A stretch of DNA of 64,000 nucleotides from the human T2T-CHM13v2.0 reference genome, Homo sapiens: assembly GCF_009914755.1 (NCBI RefSeq), contig NC_060928.1; one strand, given 5' to 3'. A model generated the notes under the pieces. The model was given only the letters and a program-made list of their open reading frames with translations. It was not told where the DNA came from and searched no databases. Positions within the stretch are counted from its first letter, which is position 1; each line of letters starts with the position of its first letter. This document shows positions 1 to 13,795 of this stretch, piece by piece. The position numbers were made by a program, and so were the translations under genes.

Positions 1-494
1 AGCATTCAAGGTTCATGATCTTGAACCAATTTACTTTTGGGCATTCTCCAAAAGAATTCCCTTGGTAGTAAATAGTATCCATTGCTGAGGCTCTTGGCAA
101 CATTTGGTGGGACAAAGGATGGGCAATGGGCAACAGGAAGGGCATTCTAAACCTTCTCTCCCGACCCCCCCTCCACTTTTTTAGGGATGGTAGATTTAGA
201 GTTGGGATAGAGAAAGAAAAGAGAGAAAACTAGCCATTGAAATTTGATCTCTCTCTGTGCCTTGTAAAGGAAGCCTGGTCCCCAGGCAAAAAGGGGTTTA
301 TTTCAAGAAGGAGCAGTTACCATCTTAGTTTCAAATTAAACTATAAACTAAATTTCTCCTAAAGTGAGTTCAGCCTGTGCCCAGGAATAAACAAGGATAG
401 TCTGGAGGTTAGAGGCAAGATGGGGTGGGTTAGATCAGATCTCTTTCACTCCCATAATTTTGTCACTGTTATAGTTTTTGCAAAGGTGTTTTCA
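1..494 (-). mobile_element. ERV1 LTR (LTR8-family-like), runs off window start
   Basis: Reverse complement begins TGAAAACACCTTTGCAAAAACTATAACAGTGACAAAATTATGGGAGTGAAAGAGATCTGATCTAACCCACCCCATCTTGCCTCTAACCTCC, matching the recalled LTR8-type 5' end. Confidence 0.75.
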
Positions 495-1282
495 CAAAGC
501 CTGCGAGGTGGTTGAGAAACAGAAAGAAGGCCAATGGGCATCTGAACTGCATAGAATAGTCAGTTTTATTGCTTAAAATGTATTTGCAAGAGTAAGTCTG
601 ACTATAGTAATATAAATGACTTTGCTTTTTTAGTTTTTCAATACTTAATAATAAAATATATCTTAATTTTATATTCATCTTTTTCTTTGTTAGAATTATT
701 ATAATGAATTAGAAAAATTATGAATGATCTTTAGATACTCATTGCAAGAACAAGTCATATGTCCTAAATGTAGAATGAGATATTGTTTTCATAAGAAATA
801 TCTTTCATCACAGACATAAATATCCAGAAATTTTATATGAATGTTACACAAAGTTCTGTCAGCAACATAGGGCAAGAAATTCCAGTTAACGCCATTCAAA
901 TAGTTTCATCTGAAAATAAAAGGACATGCTGTCTACTCTTCCTGTCAGTTTTCTTGGACGGTTTGAACTTGCTCACCTAATGTGGTTATGTTAGGTAGAA
1001 TTTATCTTTTTTGTTCAAATCATAGATCTTTTTTTCCTTTACCTAGAGGAATTGGCAAGTATACAGCTTTTGACTTACTGTAAAACTTTCAAAGTCATCA
1101 CTTTAAACAGATCTTTACTTTAAGATCTTAAGAAGACTATCAGTAACTAATGGAGTACCATGGTGATTTAATCAACTGGTGACTTGCAGGAAGTTATTGT
1201 AAGTCAATATATAAAGTTCATCAGTGCAGTGTCTAAAGCAGCAGAAATTGACTTGCAGGCATAGGTGTACTTCAGTATTGTA

Positions 1283-1415
1283 GGTATTAGCTTCATTTCT
1301 CAATAAGGAGAAATGAAAGCCGAGAAAGATTATTAATTGGGTTTGCCAAAGTTACAAAACACTGAAGTGATAGGTCCAGAAAAAGAGCCTATGTTGTCTG
1401 ACACCCAAATTCCAT
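1283..1415 (-). mobile_element. MIR fragment
   Basis: Degenerate match to the antisense MIR core (cattt..aaggagaaatgaaagccgagaaagatta..ttgccaaagttaca..gtctgacacccaaa). Confidence 0.55.
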
Positions 1416-3681
1416 CTCAAAGTCCTACATAATATTGCCCCCAGCTAAACGCTATGAGTTTGGTGGATAGCAGGCTCAACGCAATGCTTTTTATTGTGAC
1501 TTTTCGATAATTAATGACTAGGGATGCCTTCTCTGTTCTTTCTAAGATGTTAAACTGTTTCTCAGTGAGTTCTCAGCCATGAATCTCTGCTCTGTACTTG
1601 ACTATATTTCTTGCCCCATTGACTTCACAGCGAGATGGAATATGGGAAAGATGTAAAGCCTCTGCCCTTTTTTCCATTAGTGACAATATTTTTCCAGTTC
1701 AGTTACAGGTTTAAGCACAGGCTCTTTGTTAGCCAATTCATCTAACACCTCACTCACACTGAGTCCCAAACACACAAATGCCTCCTAAATCTTTATGTTC
1801 TTATTCTATTAATTTCAGAGAAAAAAATGATATTTCACCCTATTTTACTTTATATCTTTTTATCATGAAATATATATGAGTTCTGCAATAACTTACTGAT
1901 AAGATGGATTACCAAGAATTATTGATTAAATTCTACTCATTTGTGAGCAACTACTTTTTAATCCCATTTCTCATGGACTGGGATTTATTTCCCAAATCAG
2001 ATTTGCCTTTGTGATAGGTAGCAATATTTTGAGAAATGTAAATAATGACATTGATGTCTTCCAGTCAATAAATAGAATAATATATTTAATTAATTTTCTT
2101 ACCTCATCCTAAAGGCAATTGAAAATTGAAGACTTTTCCTCTCCAAACTGTGCAAAGTGTTTCTTAATAGAAAAAAAAAAAAGACTGTGGCAAGGTGCAA
2201 AGGAAAGAAAATGCAATAAAAGGACTTGTTACTCTGGAAGCAAACGTACCTGGGTAATTAGTTGCCAGTCCACTTAGATCGTAACACAGATAACTGAGCA
2301 AGATATTAGTAACGCTGAATTTGAGGAGAATATACCCCAAACTGTATTTCTAGTATGTGATCTTTAAAAGATTTGTGTGGTTTATTTATCACACTGATTT
2401 TTTCATTTAAATGCATGCATTAGTAACATCTAATCTAAAGGTTTTTTTCCCTCCTATGATTGATGGACATTTTTTTAAGAATGCAGTTTGTCAAGAAGAC
2501 TTTCCCTTTTCCTTCTTGAAATTCCTGTTTCAAACCAGTGGAAGCAATGTCCTGCCTGTGATGGCATTCAGGACATGAGGTATCCTTGTCTTTGACAGCA
2601 AAGGACATTTGTTTTGTTTGAGTTGCACTCTTATCACTGACAACAACAAAATTGTCAAGTGTGTTATTTGAAACATCAAATTCAATAAGAACCTTTGTGT
2701 ATGTAAGCTACATTGTATATAATGTTTTCTTTCCTAACCAATGGAACAAACAGCTAGAATTTGTGATATTCATATATTGAATGATGAAATATGATACGAA
2801 TGTAATTGCACAGTATAATTATAAGGAACCAGGAGTATATTTTTGTGTTAATGATGGAGTATAATATAAGCTGTTTGTGAAATTATACATTAGAAATCAA
2901 AGGGGGTAGTATAACAAAGAGTTAAAACATAAATAAATTTTATTTCTCAACACAAGTTAAATGTTTTAGTTGTCACTGAAAAATGCAATTAAAATTAGAT
3001 TTATATATCTCTGTTTAGAAAAAGTCACTATCAATTGGAAAGAATATTCAATTATTTAATCATTCATTCATTTCTTATGTGTGTTGAATCCATTTTCTTC
3101 TGACCCAAATCTGATAAACATTTTTGAATGAATTCAATATTTGTAAGTGAAAGGAAATGTACCTAACCACCTTGTGACTTGCTGAGGCAAATTAGATGAA
3201 AAGAAATTTAAGGAGTAAATGTAAGAGTCATAACTTTTAAAGCTATACAATTTATACTACTGCTGGCAAAAATTACAATTACATTGAATCTCAGAACAAA
3301 TTTCAGTTAAAATGTAATTCATAGTTCTACAAAGTTCTAACTATATTCTATTAATTTAAAATAATAGTAAATCTGCCACAATATAAGATCCTAGACACTG
3401 TGTAATAACTATGAGATTTTTTAAAAAGTCACCAACAGTTTTTATTTTTAGCATCTGTGAAGCAACTCTCATTTACATTAAAGTTACATTATAATTAGAC
3501 CATATTTTTATAAGTATAGAAATCTGTCTTTAATTTCTTAATTTCTTACTTTGTGAAATTCCTAAAATATAATTTAGAAGATGTACCTTGAAACATAAAA
3601 TTAATAAACATATAATAGGAATAAAGGTATAATATTTTCTTATTTTAAACGCATTACATTTTCTTAAAGCACTATACCTAG

Positions 3682-3748
3682 CTATATATATATAGGGTAC
3701 TGAGGTCCTTACCTCTATCTCTATATATATGGTACTGAGGTCCTTACC
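3682..3748. repeat. Local duplication of (TA)n-GGTACTGAGGTCCTTACC
   Basis: 18-mer ggtactgaggtccttacc at 3696-3713 and 3731-3748, each preceded by a TA run. Confidence 0.9.
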
Positions 3749-6700
3749 AACAAAATTTTAGGTAAGAATTATCATATAATATTTTCTTAAGTATAACTAA
3801 AACAATTCTTCTGAAGTTTTATTCCTTCTGAGGTAATATATAGATTACATGTCTTCAGGAAGATATGACTTCTTTTCAAGAGATGAGGGATATAATACAT
3901 TAAATGATTTTCTGTGTGCGTCAGCATGTGTAGGTATATCCAGTGTAGAGTCCATTCATGCTTAAAATGCACCTAGAGTTGCATTTGTGTTCAAAATGGA
4001 GAAAAAGGGGAAGGGAAGTCTCCCTATTCTATTATCATTACAATTCTCTCACTTCTTCATTTCATTGCCTTTTGTTGTTTCCTCTCCCTCACTTGCCAAT
4101 CTACGCAAAGCCCTGGTTCACATATAGTCTGAGAATGATGGTCAGATTCATTTCTAGATTCGCCACTGAGTTGCATTAGTTTTCCTGCCAGTGAATGACA
4201 AAAGTCCAAGAGACTATTCAGGCATTTGAGAAATAATAACCTAGATTTTACTGAGAAAAAGAGCTAGCTATGAATTAGTAGATTTTAGAAGTTAAAATTA
4301 ATAGGTGAATACATAATAAAAATTACTTAGTCTGAGACCTGTACAGCCTTTAAATTTTTTAAGCCATAGAATTTTAAACTAGTCAAATACACCAAAATAA
4401 AATCAAATCTTGGATGCATTTACTCTTTTTAAAAAATGATTATGTATTCACAATATGTATAATTAAATACATAGTTATTAATCTAATAATAATGCTGATG
4501 AAATATCCTAGGATATAGTAGATGGTGTGTCATGTGACCCTTCCCTCTAATGCAGAGCAGATAGCTGAAATTTCACCTGACTACATTCTATCTGGGCTTC
4601 TACCAGAGTATACTTTTGATCTTCTGGCATTCTCCAGGGAATGCATATATATCTGTTCGGGTCACTGTTTGCCACATCCAGCAACCACCTTGACCTAGAA
4701 TCCTGCTCACTGTTCTGCTCACAGTTTACCAGGCCCTTGTAACATGTCATGTCATCCTCTGTCTTCAGTCTAACTTCTCAAAGGCAGCTGCTACTGGTCC
4801 GAACTGCTTCCTTCCAATTTTGGGCAGTGAGCCACCTCTTCAGTTCCCCACAGGAATCACTGAGAACAGGTTGTAATGTTTAACAAGATTTTACTGAAGG
4901 CTTAAGGAACAATAGAAGAGAAATATAACACGACGACCTTTAAAAAGATGCTCAATGGAGCCGTTCTTAGCAGAGCCAGCATCAACATAGTCCTTCCTGC
5001 ACCTAGTGCAGAGTCTGACAGGTGGAAGTGCTGGATGAGTACAGTATTTTTTGTTGAGTTAATTAATGGAATTAGTTTGTAGAACCCACATATTCACATG
5101 TATTCACAGAGTTTTTGAACTAGGAGCCTCTCTACCTTCAACCTGCCAACAGTCCCAAGTTCTATCTCTTCGAAGTTAGCACAAACTAAGTTTTCTCCTC
5201 CTTATCTGAGTATGTGGATTATTTCTGGAGTAGTGATTTCAAAATACTTTTATTATTCTAATATCTGCTCTACTTTAAAGCCCCCCAAATTACCATTATT
5301 TCAGTTGGTGTGACTATTCTCTTCCTGGCCTTCGTCCTCCTCTTTTTTTTGTCTGACTTTTCACCACTACTTTCTGCCCAAACAAACTTGGCACCCTCAC
5401 AGTAAACCCTCCAGCTGCTCATTTCCACTCAGTTCCTGCAATTCTTCTTCTATGCATTCCATTTCTCTGTGACCGCCTCCTGTCTGGCAACCTCCCAACT
5501 CTTAAGGTTCATCTTTCATCTGAGGAAAGATAGTAGTTACAGCAAAAGATCGGACGTGCTGGAATCAACTATTCTGCAAAATTGTTCTTAGAAAATTTCC
5601 TGAGATCTCCCTGAGTCAATTTTAAGTATGTCAAAAAATTCTGAAGACTAATGAGGCCAGCTCCCCCAGAGTTGGGAGCTCTCATTCTGAGGCTGCCTTG
5701 GGTGCAACTGGACTAAAGTCAAAAGGAACAGCTGAGCTCAGAACAGCTAGCAATTTAAATTGGCATGATAATAACTGAGACACAGTCATATAAATGCATT
5801 TATATTTTACACAATATTTTGCTTTAAAGTTAAATCATTTGTGCCTTCATAATTTCTAACACAATATTTAATAAACAGTAAATTGCTAGCAATTTTCTTT
5901 ATTAAGCTATTTCTCTAAGAAGCTTAAAACTTATGTACAAGATTTTATTCAACATTTTCAATTTATATATATATATAACATAAAAGGAATAGATAATGTC
6001 AATATTCAACAATAATAATGTTTCCTGATTTGCTTATTAGTAAACTCATTGAAATAGTATGTCACCTACATGTGTGGGCTATAACAGGAGTGATGTTTGG
6101 GTGCCTAGAGAATAGTTGGTACATTCTCAAAGGGAAAGACAATGCTAATCAAGGTTGGAGGTAGAAGAGAATTTATTTTAGTGACAGCAAGGTAAAATAG
6201 CTTGGCCACACCAATAGTGAGTGTTGAAGAGTAATGAGAAGCATGTTTGTATTGATGAGGAGAATGCTTATTTTCAAGTAAGTCAAAACAATTTTACATT
6301 GAGAGAAGTGGGAAATAGTAAATTCAAAAAATTCTAGTTTGCTAAAGAAATCACAGAAATTTTACTGCTTTTCGATTGTGTGTTGATACTACAGCTGGCC
6401 ATATTAACTAATGAAACACTGTTATATTTTATTCTATCATAACAAAAGGAATAAAACTGTATGCTTTTTATGCATTCCAGAGTTACAGTTGGAATAGTAC
6501 ATTCTATTACTCACGTAAATTCAGTGGTTCTCCTAAAAAGATAACTCTGGAAGAAAATGTCCAAATCTCTGAAGTAAAACTCAAGGGACAATTATTTAGG
6601 AGACAAACTGCAAGTGCAGAATTTGCCTGTGAAAGAAAATGCTCTGAATCGTTTTCAAACATTTGATAGAAGTTGTGAATCTCCTTTGTGAATCCTTGAA

Positions 6701-7146
6701 AAAAATCTAATTAAATAGTGAAAGGCACTGAAATTTAGCATTTACTTACAAAAACAAAACTATCCCTTCATATGTATCATGCATGTGTATACCCTAGATC
6801 TTGTATTGATGTTAGCACTAATGTAAGAGGCACCATAAACACGAGTGTTTGATGCAAGCTAGAGAGATAACAAACTGGCAGCATATTGCTATTTAAACTT
6901 TGTGACACATGTTGCAGGTGCCAAGATAGGTGCAAAATTTTCAAATTATCACCTGGTTTGTTTGCAAGAAGGAAAAGCATCATGCTACTTAGAGGAAATA
7001 GTGTGGCAATGTGATTCTAACGAACGCCTACTGTCCACATAAGACAAACCCTTAAACTCTTCAATCTGTGATGTTGCCACATTTCATTGAAAAAAATATA
7101 TGCCAACTGTACAGCTGTGTGATAATAGCCAAAATTAAAAAGAATT

Positions 7147-7273
7147 CCAGGCTGGAATGCAGTGGCTATTCAAAAGTGCAATCATAGTGGACTACAGCCT
7201 CTAATTCCTGGACTCAAGCAATCCTTCTGCCTCAGCCTCCCACTTAGGTGGGACTAAGGCATTCGCCACCATC
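7147..7273 (-). mobile_element. FAM (fossil Alu monomer)
   Basis: ccaggctggaatgcagtggctattca...atcatagtggactacagcctc..ctcaagcaatcc: the 7SL-like gtggctattca segment is diagnostic of FAM. Confidence 0.75.
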
Positions 7274-10148
7274 TTAGTTTATTTAAGATTAAGATTTAGT
7301 TAATCTTAGTAACTAAAAATGCTTTTCAGTTTCTTTAGGTCATGTTTTTGTTAAATTTTTAACAGTAACTCATAATTAAATTAGTGAATTTCATGTTCAT
7401 AGTTCCAGTCTTAAATAGAACACGTATACTACAGTAAAAAAAAGAACACAATTGCACATTAGTTTTGTTAAATTAATGTATTCTACTTACTTGTCCTAAA
7501 TATTCAAGTGATGGTTAATTAGCTGTACTCTTATTTTAGGGCACTATCTGCTCGTATTGAAATTGTTGTTACTGTTTGCTTAGGTGACACTGTTCTTGTA
7601 AGCTCCTAATACTCACAAAAGATAAATATAGAGCATTTAGATGTTGGAAAATCTTATGCATTGCATAATATTTTGTTGTAACTATTCAAATGAATATTGA
7701 CATGAGGCCTACGCATATTGTTTGCCTGACAGCATGCAGGTTTTAGAAACAAAACTGCAAATTTATTTCACATAATTAAAAAAAACTTGTGAATTATTAC
7801 AATAAATAGTCTATAGGTTAAAGTAATATTATATTTATTATAGAAAGAGTCTGTCCAGATTTCTGGGAGTAGTAGGAATTTGGTATTTGAAAATACTTAT
7901 AATCTGTATAGTGTCTGACCGCTCATGAGCAGTCTCCTAAGTCCTATAACCTTGATTTTGCTTTCCATCTCCTGACTCTGAGTAATACTTCTTCACACAT
8001 TCTTCAGTAACAACTAGCTCAAAGGCTCAAAGGTCAATAGAGTTTCCTTCTTCTCTCATGAAAACCCATCAATATTCACTGTGGCTTCAGTCTGTGATTT
8101 GCTCTCATTTTTCTTCATTAAAAAAAAAAAATCCTTCCAGCATTCCATTTCAGGCAAGCTCTATCCCTGGTTCTATTTGGTGCTTTCTTCTCTCTTCAAC
8201 TGACTATGAGGGACAAAACAAAAACAAAAACAAATAAACAAAAAAACTCCCAAAAAACTGACATCTGGATGTGTAGGGACCAATATTTCAGAGTCTACTC
8301 TGTATCTTAGGAATCTAAATTTCGAAACCAAAGCACTCATAAATTCCTTATCGGATTGACATGCTATTTCCATTATGGTTTGCATATTAAATAACTATAA
8401 CTTCTGTATTTCAAAGATGTCACTATATAACATTTACTTTGGCAGTAAAATACTTTTTGCATCTTTATTTTTTATTTTTTGTCTTTTGACGCTTTTCGCT
8501 TCTACCTCCATGGCATGGGTGCACACACACAGGCACATAACCCAAATCACTCAATGGATTAGACATGGGGAAAGATCCCTTATGATACATACAATGTAGA
8601 AGAGAACAGAAATTCTTATCACCATCAAACAGTAGTTTTGAGCTGTAAATATATTTTCTATGAGCCTATTGAAATAATAATTCAGAAAAAGACTAGATTA
8701 TGCCAGCAGTTTTTAACTATTTTTTCTTTAGACTTGTTGAACAGTGTTGCATTTTCAGTTGTATTGGTTTTATAAATTGATCCCTGTGGAACTGTATTTC
8801 CAAAGGTAGAGTGCCTTCTCTTTCAAACCTGGATTAATACCACTGAATTTGCCCTTTGATGTTAATAATTAAAAAGAATAAAACCTCCTTGTGGATTTTT
8901 CCTTCAATGCAATTTAAGCTTATTTTCTTTGTTAGTAATAGCCATCTGGTAAGATTTACATCAATGATGAAGTCTAGTTGGAGCACATGTTTCATTTTTG
9001 CATTGACAGGAATAATGCTGAGTATGTTCCTTAGTCTCTCTGGAATCACCATGCTCTTTACAAAAAAATGTTGTGATTTTCAGTAATTCTATATATGGTG
9101 GGGTGGTATAGTTGGTTTTATTTAATCTAGAAATGTATAGTGTGCATGAATCATTTTGAATGGTACCATGTAGGCATCAAAGCAAATAATACAAGGCTAT
9201 TTTCTAGTTTCTATAATATATTAGGGAATAGAAGGCAACTGCAAATAACTGTACTAAAATTAAAACATAGAAAATGTTCTAAAATGGTAAAACATATTAT
9301 AGGAGTACAGCGAAAGGAGTTTTTTCATCATTTGATATTTTATTTCTACATAATAATAGGTAACTAACCCTAAAATATTTGATGTTTATGTATGCAATTT
9401 ATTTAAAAAACATCCTCTTCAAATTTTACTAATGCTTATTTTCAAAATAATCTCAGAGCAAGGTTATTCGTCAATTTAACACTTCTGATTTCAGAGAATA
9501 CAACTGTCAATTTTACTTGATTATAGCAAATAGTGAAAATAATGTAGACAATCCTGGATACTGTATATAACTTGAAAAAATATTATAATATGTTAGGTTT
9601 AATTTACATAATGTTATGAATTTGTGAAAGTAGAAATCACTTGTGTAAATAATTACAGCCCAGTGAAAATTGATAAACTGCTGGGCCATTCATTTAATTT
9701 CCCAATATAGTCTTGAAACTGCTACAGATAACCAGGAAACCAAGAAAACATTAAAAACCTGAAGAAGATTAATAGTCGTACAAGAAACTTTATGAAACAG
9801 AGTTTTAGGGACAGCAATCCGGTTGGAAGACGGGTTAGTAGACTTGTCTTATGGCTGAGTTTATTTGGGAAGCCCATTATTTTTCCACAGAATATAGATG
9901 AGAGGGGACTGATGGAGATGGAGGAGACACCATCCTCAAGCCCACCCATGCAATAACCATGGATGAATAATTAATTGGATGAGTTTAGTGTGTTAAATAA
10001 CCTTATTTGTTATAATTACTTTCTTGGGACATTTTCCATTGACCTGAACAAATGCTGAATTTACTTACTGTGACATTAACAGAGAAAGCATATTTGTTAT
10101 ATTACTGATATATAGTTAATATATGTTTGCTATTCATCCTTAAAAGGA

Positions 10149-10435
10149 TTTTTTGTTGTTGTTGTTTGCGTGTTTTGTTTTGTTTTGAGATGGAATGACA
10201 CCCAGGCTAGAGTGCAGTGGTGTGATCTTGGCTTACTGCAACCTTCACCTCCCTTAAGCGATCCTCCTACCTGAGCCTCCCGAGTAGCTGGAACTACAGA
10301 TGTGTGCCAGGCTAATTTTTGTATTTTTTTGTAGAGACAGGGTTTTGCCATGTTGCCCAGGCTAGGCTCAAGTGATCTGCCCATGTCTTCCTCCCAAATT
10401 GTTAGGATTGCAGGCATGAACCAGTACATGCAGCC
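10149..10435 (-). mobile_element. Alu (J-type, small internal deletions)
   Basis: T-rich tail, then cccaggctagagtgcagtgg...gtagagacagggttttgccatgttgcccagg...caggcatgaacca. Confidence 0.9.
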
Positions 10436-10551
10436 AAAGGGTGTATTTTTAATGTTTATTTTAAACCTGAACTTTAACAGGATCTCTGATCAATATGATT
10501 AATTTTCAATATGCTTATGGTGAATTTGCTATTTAGACGAATTCTGCTTTA

Positions 10552-10939
10552 GGAATTTGTTAGGAATGCCATAACTAAATATTACAGACACTGGGTGGTT
10601 TGGTTTAAACAACAGGATTTGTTTTCTCACAGTTCTGGAGGCTGGAAGTCTAAGATCAAGGTGTCCGTAGGGTTGGTTTCTCTTGAGGCCTCTTTCCTTG
10701 GCTTGCAGATGACTCTCCTTTCAACATGTTCTTGCATGGCATTTTCTTCATACGTATGTATCCCTGGTGTCACTAAATGTCCTAATCTCCTCTTATAAAG
10801 ACACCAGTCATATTGAATTAGGGCCCACCCTTATCACCTCTTTAACATTAATTACCTCTTTAAAGGCCTTGTCTCCAAATATAGTCACATTTGGAGGTAG
10901 ATACCTGAATTTTGTAGGAACATGGTTCAGTCCATAACA
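10552..10939 (-). mobile_element. MaLR LTR, MLT1B-like
   Basis: ttctcacagttctggaggctggaagtctaagatcaaggtg...gacaccagtcatattgaattagggcccaccc...ttcagtccataaca. Confidence 0.85.
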
Positions 10940-11059
10940 GAAAATCACAAGGGTTTAGATTTCTGGAACAACTAGAAATGCTAAAACATACCCTGAGTAA
11001 CCAGGGGAATAGCATATGCTGTTCAGACTCTTGGTCTGATATTTACTGACTGCTTGTGT

Positions 11060-11890
11060 TGTCCATCAGGAATGATGGCAATTGCTTGAGTCAGGAATCT
11101 GGGAATCATTCTTAACTCTTCATTCTTCCAATATTTCATGAATTGCCTGGGAGAATGAAATTTGCTCCCTCTCCTAAATATCTGTTCAAACTATTCACTT
11201 TTCTCCAGTCTCAATATGAATAGGTTAGCTTTTCACTTGGCTAGCTTACTACAGAAACTTCCTAATTACCATTTCTGCCATTGTCTTATTTTTAACTCCT
11301 TTCATTTCATCCCAAATTCAGCCTTCTGAGTGATTTTGCATAAACATTTCAGTGACTTCCCATTGACCACAGAATTTGGTCAAATTCCCTGCATTATTTG
11401 ATAGAGCTCCCCGCTACTTAGGTACCCTTGCCCTCTGTCTACTTCTCCACCCTTGCCTTTTCTCACTCATCTCTTACCCTCCATCCTTTGGCCAGACTAA
11501 GCTCATATTCACTGAGAAGCTATGTTATCTCTTAGCTCTGATACGCTGCACATGCTGAAATTTTAGCCCAGAGATCTTTCTGCCAAGAATCTTATTCATA
11601 TTTAAGGTCTCAGCTTAAATATAACTTTTTATAGGCACCTTTATTGACCCCGAAATCTGGCTGAGATGTTCTTTTAAGGTGCCACAAAAAAAAAAAATTG
11701 AAAAAATATTTAATTAATTCACACTTCTCCCATGGTTACATTTCTCTCATTACCTTGGAATTACATTTTTACCAGTATATATGTACTACTAAAATCTAAG
11801 TTTCTTAAGAAATAGGAATCTGTCCTGCTTATCACTCTAATCTAAGCACTAGTATAAAGCCTGGCACAAGATAGATGTTCAACAGGACTG
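11060..11890 (+). mobile_element. L2 3' region, decayed
   Basis: L2-like motifs aatctgggaatcattcttaactct, aggtctcagcttaaat, gcctggcacaagatagatgttcaaca. Confidence 0.55.
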
Positions 11891-13289
11891 AAGTGACTCG
11901 ATGTATAATTAGATTAGAGAATCTCTTTTAACATATATCAATTTTTATTAGGTTAGGGATTAATGGCAGGGTAAGTATTCTCAAATTGTGTTTTCCTTCA
12001 TTATATTTCTTTTGCTGTCTTCCATTATTTTCATCTCTGTGTCTACACTTTTCTATACTTGAGAGTTTTCTATATTTTTGATCCTAAGAATCAGGTCACT
12101 TGTATTTTTTTCACCTTGCATCATACAAAGAAAAGCTTGAAAGATCCTGGTCTGTTGTATAAACTGACTACTGGGATGAATTGGAAACTGAAGCACAGTG
12201 ACCAAGTTAACAGAGAGGAAGAGAATAAAAGGACAGAGCCATGACACAGTGAATGCTTCAGGGCAGCCGAGCTGCAGGCATCAAGTTTCTCACAGATAAC
12301 AGAGTTGGTAGCTATCGTTACTAGATTGTTTTCCAAAGACAGTTGATGCTGCAGCAGTATGTGTATGTGAGCATTTTAAGAGAAAAAAATGTCCACCCAA
12401 ACATCAATGTGGTAAATTGTATGTGTCAATGAATTAGGGCTTTATTCTCCACATGATGAAACTGAAATGTGATTGAAAATGAGTGAAGCGTGAAAAAGGG
12501 ACTCATGTTTAAAACACTCCCAGAAGAAATAATGCCTGTGTAATGACTATACTAAAAAAAGTATCATTTCTAAATATGTGCTATCAGTTTCACCAGGAAT
12601 TAGATCCAAGTTTGAAAACATTTAGTCAAATAATAAATTTCAAAATAAAATCACCCTTTAATATTGATAGAGACTTTGACTATATGATTACTATGAGAAA
12701 TTCTTGTAGTCTTTATTCACTGTTTCATGTGTACACAGTGAAAGCTTTAATATAGAAACTTTTATAATATATTAGGATTGTTTTCCTTTAAATAAAGTAT
12801 ATATTGAACATACCAAGTTCTCTGTGGATTATGAGTGAACATTCTAGAAAATCATATTTACAAATCATGCCGCTTCAGTGGGTATAAAGAAACTATTTTG
12901 TTGCCCCATAAAGGAAATTTGCCTTTTGGACAATGTGGGCAGAGGTAATGACCTGTTACTGGAATTTTACTCCTAGAAACGAAATTCTTTGGTAAATAAC
13001 ATACAGATGATGAAAGAATATATTTTCCCAGTTGCAAGTAATAGACCAACAGTTAAAATATTTTCTCAAATAACTAGAACACTTCCAGGGGTAGGATTAA
13101 GGTTGCCTTCTGTCTATTGCAATTTCATAACTGTTTTGAAATCAGTAATTATACAAACATTTATTAACTATCATGATGTCTAGGCCTGTGTTGGGTAACG
13201 GAAATACAAAAGTATAGTTTCTAGATATTATCCTTGCCTTCAACTTGCTCATAGCTCCTTGGAATGCTTACAATATTTCTCTCTAATAT

Positions 13290-13795
13290 GATCTTTAAAA
13301 ATTTGAAATCTTAGCATGTTACTTCTTTGCTTAAAACCTTAATGCTTTCCCTTTTCAGCTAGAATAAACGAATGCTAGAAACCATGATTCACAAGATTCC
13401 AGCTGATCTTGTCTAAGTTTCTTGTCTCTCTCCCTATTCTTCTCTTCCCTCACCTGGAACATCACTTTTTGAGATCTTTGAATGATTCACTCTTTCTCAT
13501 GATGTCATTCTCTGTTCATACGTCCTTTTCTCAGCAAGCCTCTCTCTGACCAAATATTAAAAAACCCCCTTCCCAGTCCACAACCCTAAGTCAGTCCCAT
13601 CCCTTACACTGCTTAATATTCTTTATGGCTCTTGTCACTGTCTGAAATATTTGTTTACATAAAAAATATCCAAATAGAATTAAGTACCATGGAGAAAAGA
13701 CTGTTTTTGCCAACTGCTGAATTCATATCACATTAAAAATAAGTTTGTGGCCCACAGTGGTACTTGGTGAGTTTGTGCTACATGAATGAATGAAG
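13290..13795 (+). mobile_element. L2 3' region, decayed
   Basis: catgttacttctttgcttaaaacctt..., ends ..ggcccacagtggtacttggtgagtttgtgctacatgaatgaatgaa (L2 tail). Confidence 0.55.
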
